Source: a virus
Taxonomy: Duplodnaviria; Caudoviricetes
Direction: 5' to 3' (one strand)
Length of the DNA: 51,673 nucleotides
IMG/VR virus record: IMGVR_UViG_3300026051_000003
Span: 1-51,673 of that record
Positions 1-8,200 of the stretch are shown piece by piece (position 1 is the first letter of the stretch; each line of letters starts with the position of its first letter). The notes under the pieces were generated by a model. It ran no database searches, had not been told where the DNA came from, and saw only the letters and a program-made list of their open reading frames with translations. Both the position numbers and the translations under genes were made by a program.

Positions 1-11
1 GGTCACATGCT

Positions 12-137
12 GTATGATATGGATAACTGGCGAAAGGGTATGTCGTGGATGAAGCTGTTGAATTCCACGCTGCGGCATGTGTGGGCATTCATCCGAGGCG
101 AGGACCTGGACCCCGAATCCGGGAAACCGCATCTTGC
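12..137. repeat. terminal direct overlap (126 bp), left copy; assembly circularity
   Basis: Identical to 51548-51673; falls inside one ORF. Confidence 0.95.
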
Positions 138-243
138 TCATGCAGCATGTGACCTAGGATTTTTGTTGGAGTATGCCCAGACATGCCCCGAAAAGGATGA
201 CCGTTACCATAGGTCATGTGACCTAGAAAAGAGGTCGGAATGA
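12..243 (+). CDS. DUF5664 dATP/dGTP diphosphohydrolase-like protein, 3' part (continues from window end)
   Basis: NWRKGM...RH...GEDLDPESGKPHLAHAAC motif typical of DUF5664. Confidence 0.85.
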
Positions 244-464
244 GCAAGGACATCCGCATCGAGGCGGCGATGAACGCCCTGTTCCGGGACCTTGAAGCCC
301 ACGACACCGCCATCAACCTGTTGCGCGACGCGGAGGAATTCGTCGTGCTGCACAAGCGCGAGGGGTCGTGGCGCTGGTACTACAGCACGAAGGACGAGAT
401 CGAGCTGTCCGTATACGTCAACCTTTTCCAGGATGATTTGCTGAAGGAGATACGGGGGGAATAA
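240..464 (+). CDS. hypothetical protein
   Basis: ATGA overlap with upstream gene, GC3-rich codons. Confidence 0.75.
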   Translation: MSKDIRIEAAMNALFRDLEAHDTAINLLRDAEEFVVLHKREGSWRWYYSTKDEIELSVYVNLFQDDLLKEIRGE

Positions 465-676
465 TGGATCGGTACAACATTTGGGTTGAAGACCCATATG
501 ATTCAATTGATGTTCACTTAGAGTATGCAAGATGCTATCATGGTGAATGGTGCAAGGCCAAGGATGTTAAGCAGTTGATCTCAGACTGGAAAACTTGGTT
601 GCGTGCCGAGTCCTACCATGCCGGAAATGAAATATATGATGAGATACTAGACTTGTTTGAGGCATTTGATGATTAG
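464..676 (+). CDS. hypothetical protein (lower GC)
   Basis: TAATG coupling, GGGGGA SD. Confidence 0.7.
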   Translation: MDRYNIWVEDPYDSIDVHLEYARCYHGEWCKAKDVKQLISDWKTWLRAESYHAGNEIYDEILDLFEAFDD

Positions 677-1919
677 CCCACGTGACGCTGGATTGTTCCG
701 CGCGCTCTGCACAAAGGAAGACTGGGCGTACTACAATGCGGCCATCATGGCCGTTGCATGGCCCAAGACGGACCTGCAGATTCTCTACGGCTACATGGCG
801 GACCTGCACAAGGTGACGGACGCGGACTACACGCCGGCCGACCTGTCCGCCTACATCGAGTCCGTGGCGCGCGACGAAAAGCTGGCGGGCCTCCGGGGCG
901 TGCTGGATGCAATGCACGCGGCCTCCCCGATGGACCGCAGCATCATGCAGCATTCGGTGCGCCAGTTCACGGCCCGGCAATTGGCCTTCAAGGCCGCACA
1001 GGACATTGCCGCGACCCACACGGACCCGGAGCGCTTCAACCCGGGGCGAGCGCGGGAATTGCTGGAGCGTGCCACCGAAGTGTACGCCGGCCGCTCGGAA
1101 TCGCAGGTGCTGGACTGGTTGCACTCAGGGCTGCCTGACGTCACCCAGGATCGCCCCAATCGCTGCCCCCTGGGTCTGTCCCCGCGGCTCGATGCTGCGA
1201 TGGCAGGTGGGCCAGCAGCGGGCGAACTGTGCGTGTTCCTGGCCGGCCCGAAGAAGGGCAAGACTTCCCTCCTGGCGCTGTGCGGCCTCAGCAATGCGCG
1301 GGCGGGCCGCACGGTGCTGCACGTCACGCTGGAGGTCGGCAAGGAAATGGCACGGGCGCGGTACGATGCCGGCCTCACCGGGCTGGACTACGAGACGATG
1401 TGCCTGAATCCGCAGGTGGTGGAGTCCGCGCGCAAGTCGATCGCCGGCGCCGGCGGTGCCGTCCACATCGTTGACTGGCAGTACGAGGAACATTCGCCAT
1501 CGGAGCTGATCCCACTGGTGCGGCGGTACCAGCCGAACTTGGTGATAGTGGACTACCTGGAGTTGATGATCCCGGACCAGACGAAATCGTTTTCCCGCAA
1601 GGAGCAGCGGCACCTGTACAGTAAGTTGGGGAAGGACATGCGCGGCACGGCGAAGATGCTGGGCGTGCCGGTGGTGACGGCCTGGCAAGTGAACCGCGAA
1701 GGCTCGCAAGCGGATGTCACGAAAGAGACCTATGTGTCGGAATGCTGGGATGTGATTAAGCATGCGGACAGTATCATTGGTATTTCCTGCACAGATGAGG
1801 AGCGCAACAACCATATGATCCGGGTCCACACAATCTTGCAGCGATTCAGCGAGCAGCGATGCAGTGTGCGGTTTCGTGCAGATTTTGGGTGCAATACGCT
1901 AAAGGAAATTACATTGTGA
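669..1919 (+). CDS. DnaB-like (SF4) replicative helicase
   Basis: Walker A AGPKKGKT, LHVTLE, Walker B VIVDYLE, TAWQVNR, HAD. Confidence 0.9.
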   Translation: MISPRDAGLFRALCTKEDWAYYNAAIMAVAWPKTDLQILYGYMADLHKVTDADYTPADLSAYIESVARDEKLAGLRGVLDAMHAASPMDRSIMQHSVRQFTARQLAFKAAQDIAATHTDPERFNPGRARELLERATEVYAGRSESQVLDWLHSGLPDVTQDRPNRCPLGLSPRLDAAMAGGPAAGELCVFLAGPKKGKTSLLALCGLSNARAGRTVLHVTLEVGKEMARARYDAGLTGLDYETMCLNPQVVESARKSIAGAGGAVHIVDWQYEEHSPSELIPLVRRYQPNLVIVDYLELMIPDQTKSFSRKEQRHLYSKLGKDMRGTAKMLGVPVVTAWQVNREGSQADVTKETYVSECWDVIKHADSIIGISCTDEERNNHMIRVHTILQRFSEQRCSVRFRADFGCNTLKEITL

Positions 1920-2482
1920 AATGGGCAATAGGGATCGACCCCGGCTTTGGGGAAACTGGCATGGTGCTGCGGCGGCATGGCGATGACGCAGTGGTGGAGT
2001 ACGCCTTGCTCGCTCGCGGTCCCGGTGAGCATGCTTTCCCGCGCACCGTTGCGCTGGTGGACCAGGTGGGCAGCCAGCTCGAAGAATGGATTTCCGCGTA
2101 CCATATCCGGGACCTGGACGTCGCGCTGGAAACCCCCATCTACAACGCGAACCCCCACAGCTTTGAGTTGCAGTGGCGGCTGGTCCACGCCATCGAGGAA
2201 TGGCTGTACTTCTGCGTGACCGGCATGGTGCGGGCTCTGTGGCTGACGGAAGTGTCGCCCACCACCAGTAAGAAGCTTGGTGGCGGACGTGGGGGCGCCA
2301 GCAAGCCGGAGATCGCGGCGCGGATGCCGGTGCTGGCCTGCCCGCCCGCGGCCTCGGACAGCCTGTACACGGTGGCGGATGCGTGGGCGCACAGCCTGTC
2401 CGCGTGGCGCAAGGACGCGACGCATATCGATTTCACGCACTTGAAGATTGGAGGCAACGATGACACGCGAGAAACTACTTGA
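1916..2482 (+). CDS. RuvC-like Holliday junction resolvase
   Basis: N-terminal AIGIDPG..TG, VALE, SPTTSKK, C-terminal ADA; GTGA overlap with helicase. Confidence 0.8.
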   Translation: MKWAIGIDPGFGETGMVLRRHGDDAVVEYALLARGPGEHAFPRTVALVDQVGSQLEEWISAYHIRDLDVALETPIYNANPHSFELQWRLVHAIEEWLYFCVTGMVRALWLTEVSPTTSKKLGGGRGGASKPEIAARMPVLACPPAASDSLYTVADAWAHSLSAWRKDATHIDFTHLKIGGNDDTRETT

Positions 2483-2840
2483 GTTCGCGGCCTGGGTTGA
2501 AGCCAACAACGTGAAGCTGCTGGGCCGCCGCATCGCGGTGGTGCCGGAGGAAGCCGATTTGATGACAGCGGGCGGCCTTGTGATTCCCGAGCAGTACGCC
2601 ACGAAGCCCAAGCGCGGTCGTGTGGTGGCGTTCGGGGAAGGTGCGAAGTTGCCAGACAAGGACGGCAATCCCAGTGAAGTGCTGGGCCTGTCCCTCGGTG
2701 ACAACGTGCTGCACAATGTCTACAACACGCTGTCCATGACGATCCCGGACCGCGATGGGCAGCCAGTCGTGGTGTCGGTGTTCCACGTCACGGACATCTA
2801 TTTGTACTGGCCCAAGGGTGTTAGCATCGAGGTGAAGTAA
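2460..2840 (+). CDS. groES: co-chaperonin GroES (Cpn10)
   Basis: LLGRRIAV...TAGGLVIP...KPKRGRVVAFGEG...GDNVL...DI. Confidence 0.85.
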   Translation: MTREKLLEFAAWVEANNVKLLGRRIAVVPEEADLMTAGGLVIPEQYATKPKRGRVVAFGEGAKLPDKDGNPSEVLGLSLGDNVLHNVYNTLSMTIPDRDGQPVVVSVFHVTDIYLYWPKGVSIEVK

Positions 2841-3070
2841 TGCGAGATCGCATCATTCTATTCTTCGCGGCCTTGGGAATAAGCGTTGGAAGTAGTGCGT
2901 GCATTATCCATCAGGAAATACAGTCCCTGCACGCCACCATTGATTCCCTGCGCGCCGCACCGGCCCCGCGGGACACTGTGTACATGGACCTGGGGTACTA
3001 CGAGGCGGACGAGGTAGATGTGCCGATGGCTGAGGGGCCGACCCCATGGAAAGATGGCCGGTTGCGGTAA
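2840..3070 (+). CDS. hypothetical protein with N-terminal hydrophobic segment
   Basis: TAATG coupling; hydrophobic N-terminus. Confidence 0.65.
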   Translation: MRDRIILFFAALGISVGSSACIIHQEIQSLHATIDSLRAAPAPRDTVYMDLGYYEADEVDVPMAEGPTPWKDGRLR

Positions 3071-3076
3071 GGATAA

Positions 3077-3149
3077 GCCCGCGTAGCTCAATTGGGAGAG
3101 CGCCGCATCTGTGCGGCGGTTGCAAGTTCAACTCTTGCCGCGGGCACCC
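3077..3149 (+). tRNA. tRNA-like RNA with 4-nt anticodon loop (no assignable anticodon)
   Basis: Acceptor GCCCGCG/CGCGGGC, D stem GCTC/GAGC, anticodon stem CCGCA/TGCGG with loop TCTG, T arm GCAAG-TTCAACT-CTTGC. Confidence 0.85.
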
Positions 3150-3156
3150 GAACAAT

Positions 3157-3624
3157 ATGACAACAGATGCATATGAGATTGGTTGGTTGGCCGGCATCTT
3201 CGATGGCGAAGGGTGGGTCGGTGTTTACCGTAGCGGGAAATCATACGGGGCATATCTCGGGGTTAGCAATACAGACCGCGAGATGATTACTCGAATCTTT
3301 CGACTAGTGGGCAATCGCGGGCGCATCTATGACAAGATGCCGAAAAACTACCCAGACCATTGGGCACCCTACTACGAATGGCGCTGCCATAAACGCGATG
3401 ATATTCTGGCTATACTCACTGTACTGCAACCACATCTGACCACTAAAGCGGTTCGCGCCGGCCTAGCTATTCAACTAGCGAATTTGATTGGATCGCGCAA
3501 TTGCGGGCCTGTACAGGTTAATCGTGTTGCGCGCAACGATATTGCAGTGCAGATTCAAGCCCTAAACAAAAAAGGTCGTCGCCCTGACGATCTTACCCGC
3601 CAAGACGACGATCTTCGCTGTTAG
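3157..3624 (+). CDS. free-standing single-motif LAGLIDADG homing endonuclease
   Basis: WLAGIFDGEG motif, VSNTD, L.PHL..K; lower GC. Confidence 0.9.
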   Translation: MTTDAYEIGWLAGIFDGEGWVGVYRSGKSYGAYLGVSNTDREMITRIFRLVGNRGRIYDKMPKNYPDHWAPYYEWRCHKRDDILAILTVLQPHLTTKAVRAGLAIQLANLIGSRNCGPVQVNRVARNDIAVQIQALNKKGRRPDDLTRQDDDLRC

Positions 3625-3664
3625 CCTAGTGGCCGGCTATCGCCTACGAAGCCACCTTTAGCCA

Positions 3665-3691
3665 AAGCAAATCTATTAATGAGATTTGCTT
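3665..3691. terminator. hairpin between convergent transcription units
   Basis: AAGCAAATCT-N7-AGATTTGCTT perfect 10-bp inverted repeat. Confidence 0.5.
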
Positions 3692-3727
3692 CATGATGAC
3701 CACTCCCTTCCTGGCCGTACAAGCCGG

Positions 3728-4084
3728 TTAAGGTAGTTCGCTTGCCCGCACCCCCAGATACGTTCCCAGCACAAACCACACCATCGGGTGCTTCATGGCC
3801 CGCTCGAACCAGTTCGATTGCCGGTCCAGCAGCGCCTGGTAATGTCGTTGCATAATCCGTGCCCGTTCCGCGGCAAACATGCTGTCCGCGAGGGCAAGTT
3901 GCTGTGCTTCCCACAGGTCAATCTGCAGCATGGTGAGGCTGTGCTGCTGGCCGTCGATGAGGCGCAAGAGGGAATCGGCCTGAGCGTATGTGAAACATAC
4001 CGTTGTGCTATCCGCGGGGGCGCCGGATGCGGTCGAGTAGGGCGGCGCGCACATCGTCCCCAGCGCCACACTGAGCGTCATCAT
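3728..4084 (-). CDS. spanin-like membrane protein (coiled coil, C-terminal TM); start uncertain
   Basis: Last gene of lysis cassette; helical middle and hydrophobic PMVWFVLGTYLGV tail. Confidence 0.5.
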   Translation of the reverse strand: MMTLSVALGTMCAPPYSTASGAPADSTTVCFTYAQADSLLRLIDGQQHSLTMLQIDLWEAQQLALADSMFAAERARIMQRHYQALLDRQSNWFERAMKHPMVWFVLGTYLGVRASELP

Positions 4085-4319
4085 GCATGCGAGCCAGATC
4101 GCGGCGACTTTCAGCTTCAGCCCGGATGGCCGTGCGTTTTGCAGTGCCGGCATTGCGGTTTGCCTCCAGTTCGCCCTCAAGCGAAGGCGTCTTCGGCTTG
4201 GGGCCTATCAACTTGTTCAGGATCAGTAACAGCGACGACCCGACGAATGCCAGTGCCGCTAAGGTCTTTATTTGCAGAGACTTTTTCACGTAGTATTTGC
4301 GCTCCGTGGACAAGGGCAT
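4008..4319 (-). CDS. i-spanin (Rz)-like protein; start uncertain
   Basis: N-terminal TM followed by charged helical region, in lysis cassette. Confidence 0.5.
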   Translation of the reverse strand: MPLSTERKYYVKKSLQIKTLAALAFVGSSLLLILNKLIGPKPKTPSLEGELEANRNAGTAKRTAIRAEAESRRDLARMHDDAQCGAGDDVRAALLDRIRRPRG

Positions 4320-4449
4320 TGCTGCCCAGGTATACGCCGGCCAGCGTCTTCAGGACGTCCGCCTGCTCTGGGGTTAGCTGGACAGTAGCAGCAATCGTGC
4401 CGATGAAGACAACGACGAACAGTTTCCGGTAGCCCAGCATGCCGACCAT
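4177..4449 (-). CDS. putative holin
   Basis: RKLFVVVFIG...AGVYLGSNA two-TM pattern; TGATG coupling. Confidence 0.6.
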   Translation of the reverse strand: MVGMLGYRKLFVVVFIGTIAATVQLTPEQADVLKTLAGVYLGSNALVHGAQILREKVSANKDLSGTGIRRVVAVTDPEQVDRPQAEDAFA

Positions 4450-4751
4450 CAGATAGCCTCGATTTCCCGCACGACGGTTTCCGGGAACACCGTGAAGTCG
4501 GCCCACTTCTTCTCTTCCCAGTCGTAGGTTTTGGCGATCACCAGCACCCGCATCGTGGGGTCCTCGGGGTCCTTGCCGCGGTAGAGTTGCCAGCCGCACG
4601 TCCAGAGGCTGCGGCATGGGCGTATCTCGTCAGTGCCGTCCCAGTTCGAGACTTCCCGGATATCGCGCCACGTCACCACAACCAGCTTGGCTTTGTCCGG
4701 CGTGATGGTAGTGTACGTGCCGGCAAGGGTCTTGGGCTTATAGGTCGCCAC
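4449..4751 (-). CDS. hypothetical phage protein
   Basis: GTG start with SD; LVVVTWRDI...TCGW pattern. Confidence 0.65.
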   Translation of the reverse strand: MATYKPKTLAGTYTTITPDKAKLVVVTWRDIREVSNWDGTDEIRPCRSLWTCGWQLYRGKDPEDPTMRVLVIAKTYDWEEKKWADFTVFPETVVREIEAI

Positions 4752-5088
4752 GACGATCCCCCTTCGGATCAAACTCGCAGTGCAGGTGCTGATTTGGTGT
4801 GCCGGCCGCTTCGACCACGATGTCGTAGTCTGGCCCAAGGGCTTCCTTCATTTCGGCCCGCACCACGGGCGCCAGTTCCGGCGGCATGTGCCGGACGCGG
4901 AAATCCACCGCCTGGCCGCTATAGTGCAGGGAGGGTTTCGCGCCCCCACCATGCTTCCCGTCGAGCCCACTGGTTAGGATGCAGTCGTAGCCATGCGCCC
5001 CGAAGACATCCCGCGCGACCATGATGGCCAGCAAGGCTTCGGGCTGTAGGCCGGCCACGTACACACTGGGCTTCAGTTTCAACGCCAT
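4738..5088 (-). CDS. endolysin, peptidase M15-like Zn peptidase
   Basis: TSG.DGKH...SLHYSGQAVDFR and C-terminal HLH.E (H-x6-D...H). Confidence 0.85.
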   Translation of the reverse strand: MALKLKPSVYVAGLQPEALLAIMVARDVFGAHGYDCILTSGLDGKHGGGAKPSLHYSGQAVDFRVRHMPPELAPVVRAEMKEALGPDYDIVVEAAGTPNQHLHCEFDPKGDRRGDL

Positions 5089-5279
5089 CACTTGCCCCCG
5101 ATCCAGGCCAGCACCACCGGCACCTTGGCCGCGAGGGCAACAAGCGCACCCGCTATGGCGCCCAGTAAGCCGGCCTTCACTTTGTGGACGGCCAGTTCGA
5201 TGCGCAGTTGCGTGACCTGGGTTTCAATGTTGCTGAGCCGCTTGTCCAGCAGCTTCTCGAAATCTGTCATCCCGTTCAA
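5088..5279 (-). CDS. small coiled-coil plus TM protein (holin/antiholin-like)
   Basis: Coiled-coil N-terminus, hydrophobic C-terminus, adjacent to endolysin. Confidence 0.6.
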   Translation of the reverse strand: MNGMTDFEKLLDKRLSNIETQVTQLRIELAVHKVKAGLLGAIAGALVALAAKVPVVLAWIGGK

Positions 5280-5288
5280 TGCTCCCCC

Positions 5289-8200
5289 TTAAGGCGTCTG
5301 AATGCCGACGCGATCCATTTCCTCGACAATTAGGTCCTCGTATTTGCTGTTGCGCTTGCGGTAGCGCAAATCCCAACTGATGGCATAGGCTTCCCGGGCA
5401 ACTTCCTTGGGGTCCGAGGACCCGATGCGCAGGTCGTCGCGGATCACCAGTTCGTTGAAGTGGTCCCGGGCTTCCATGATCTTATCGACGTCCCCCTCGA
5501 TGTAGGCGTCCGTCATGCCCTTCAGGGCTTCCTCCAACTGGAACACCCGCGCACGCTGCTGGGCCATGATGGCGCTCTTGCCGCGGCGGTGCAGTTCGTC
5601 CCGGATGCTGCGCTGCCCGAACATCGTCGGCAGCAACTCGCCGCCCATGCTGCCCGGCAATCCCTCGGGCCGCACGGCTCCCGGCAGGTTTTGCAGAGCC
5701 TGTTGGAAATCTCCCTGCTGCAGCGGCAGGCTGATGGATTCACGGAAGTCCAGGGGCCGTTCGAGGGCACCCCGCGTGTCGCGCTGCTCACCTTCCCGGA
5801 GCGCATTCCAGCTCTTGCCGGCCGTCTCCCACGCCACCATCAGCGGCACCATGTTGTCCATCGTCTCCAGGAATTTAGCATGTGCGGCCGTAGCGGCCTC
5901 CGGATCATGCGAGTTCATGGCGGACAGCATGCCGTAGAAACTCATCATGGCGTCGATGCCGGGCGACGTCAGGTCATCCCCGCGTTCCGGCAAGTACCCA
6001 AGGCCAGTGTACGACGTCAAGTCGATGCCGTACTCCTGCGCAGCAACCCGCGACATCCACCCGGACAGCATCAGGTACTGCGCCAGAGCACCGGGGTTGC
6101 GGTGGAACTGGGAAAGCAATTCCTCGGTCTGCTTGGGGATGAAGCTCAGGAACTGCGTGCCGCTCACCACTGCGCCCTTTGGCAGGAAGGACGACAGCAC
6201 TGGCGAACGCCCAAGTGCCCCGTACATGTGGTTCGTTTCCTCGGCACCGCGCAGGGACTCGAACAGGATGCGCTTTCCAAACCCGGCTGCCACAGCTTCC
6301 TCGAACGTGGCAAAGCCGGCTTTGGTCAGGTACATATCCATCGCAGCAAGCGCCGACATGCCGCGCACCATGAATTCCGTCTTCGCCGTGCTGGGACCTA
6401 CCAGGCCTATCGGCGTGATGGAAGGCATCTTGGTCATCATCCCACTGAACTGCTTCATGGCTGGTGATTCAAGGATGTCCACGAAGCTCTGGTACACACC
6501 GATTTGCTTGGCCATCGCTTGGCCCTCCGGCGTAGCCATCTGCCACAGCGCCTTGGATGTGCGGAACAGCCCATACCGCGAACTGGTCGTGGCAACCGCA
6601 GAGGCCATCTGCATCAGCGTATAGCGCGGGTTGCCAGCGAGTGTGCCGGCCCAGATCATGCCGGACAGCCCGGTGAGGGCGCGATCAATCTGGGTGGGGG
6701 ACCATGCCTTGCGCGCCATCGCGGCACCCTTGCCGAGCGCGCCCCCGACCGCGGCACCGACCGCAGCACCAGGCGCTCCGCCCATCGCGCCGCCTACGGC
6801 TCCGCCGGCAATTGCACCCATTGCGGCACTGGCAGGCCCACGATCCGCCAGGAACTCGTCCATCTTGGCCCCAACAAACGACGGCTTACCCTTCAGGTGG
6901 TTCACGGTATCCTGCGCGAACCCGGCGAACATCGCCTTGCCGGTCGTGGCACTGAGGCGCTCACCAGCAGCCAGCACACTTTCGAACGCCGGCTCCAAGT
7001 AGATTTTCCGGTACATGAAGCGCCCGTACATGTCGAGAGCCAGCACCAGGTCCTTTTCTGTCTGTGCGCCCTTACGCTCCAGCAGGTGCCCTACGAACAC
7101 TTCTGCTTTTGCCGGCATGCCGATGCCTTCCCACGGGCGCGCACCACCACTGAACATGTCCTTGGTGACTATGTGGCGGATGTAGCCTTCCAGATAGCCG
7201 GTGTCCTCGGACAGGCCCTGCAGCTTAGCGGCATGGTCCATCAGCGTGCGGATTTCATCATGGGCACGCAGCAATTCCTTGTCCGCTTTGGAGGCCAGTT
7301 GCCCCCATGCAGGGTCGGACATCTTGGTGTTGAGCAGGTCGTACAACTGGGTAGACCGTGTATCATCAATCGTGTGCGGCTTGAAATGCACCTTCGGATT
7401 CCACTTGGACCGCTGCTTCAAGATGCCGGCACGATTCAGCACATCGTAACTGATGGAGTTGAACGCTTTGGTGTCGCGCTCCATGCGCAGGTACGAACCG
7501 CGCAACATTTCAGAGGTCTTCGGGTCGTACACATCGAAGAACCGCAGCACTTCCTTGGCCCGCGCAAACACCTGGCCAACTCCTGTGTCCCATACCTGAT
7601 TCAGCATGAAGCTGCCGGGATAGAGGGTCTCGGACAACTGGTCCTTGAACGTATCCATCCAGCGCGTGAAGCCTTCCGGCGTGGAGGTTTCCGGCACTTG
7701 CTGGGCCGGCAGGATGTTGTCCGTGTACGGCGCGAATTCCTGGTCCGGCAGCTTCTTCATCGTCGCCTTGAGGTTGTCCAGCTTGCGCTCCAGAAGAGCA
7801 ATCGCCGGCTTGTCTCCGCGGCTGCGGGCGGCTCCGAGGTTCTTGCCGGTGATGCCGATTTCCGCGGCAACGCCCCGCACAGCATGCGCGCGGATGTCGT
7901 GGTGCAGAAGGTCCAGGTTCACATCTGGATGGATACGGTAGTGCGCGGACTGCGGGGACATCACAGCGTCATCCAGCCCGATGCCGCCCGTTCGGATCAT
8001 GTGCGCGAGGCCATCCCCAGCTTGCTCCGAGTCGGTAGGCCCCAGCAATTGACGGGCTGCAGCGTCGGCCTCATCCACCATGATGGGCGAGAACTCGACG
8101 TCGGCTTCCAGTTCCTTGCGGCGGGTTGCCTTCAGTTCTTCAACAGCAACCGGGTCGTCGGAAAGTTGCTTCAGAATCTCGGCATCGTCGCCCTCCGGAA

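Noticed and set aside
1-12. First bases do not match the circular junction
   Set aside because: They are the reverse complement of 143-154, typical of a chimeric read end; the ATG at 7 is therefore likely artefactual
146-226. CATGTGACCTAG duplicated, plus small palindrome TAGGTCA-TG-TGACCTA
   Set aside because: Short and inside a CDS; no supporting context
2460-2840. GroES without GroEL
   Set aside because: Common in phages; not novel
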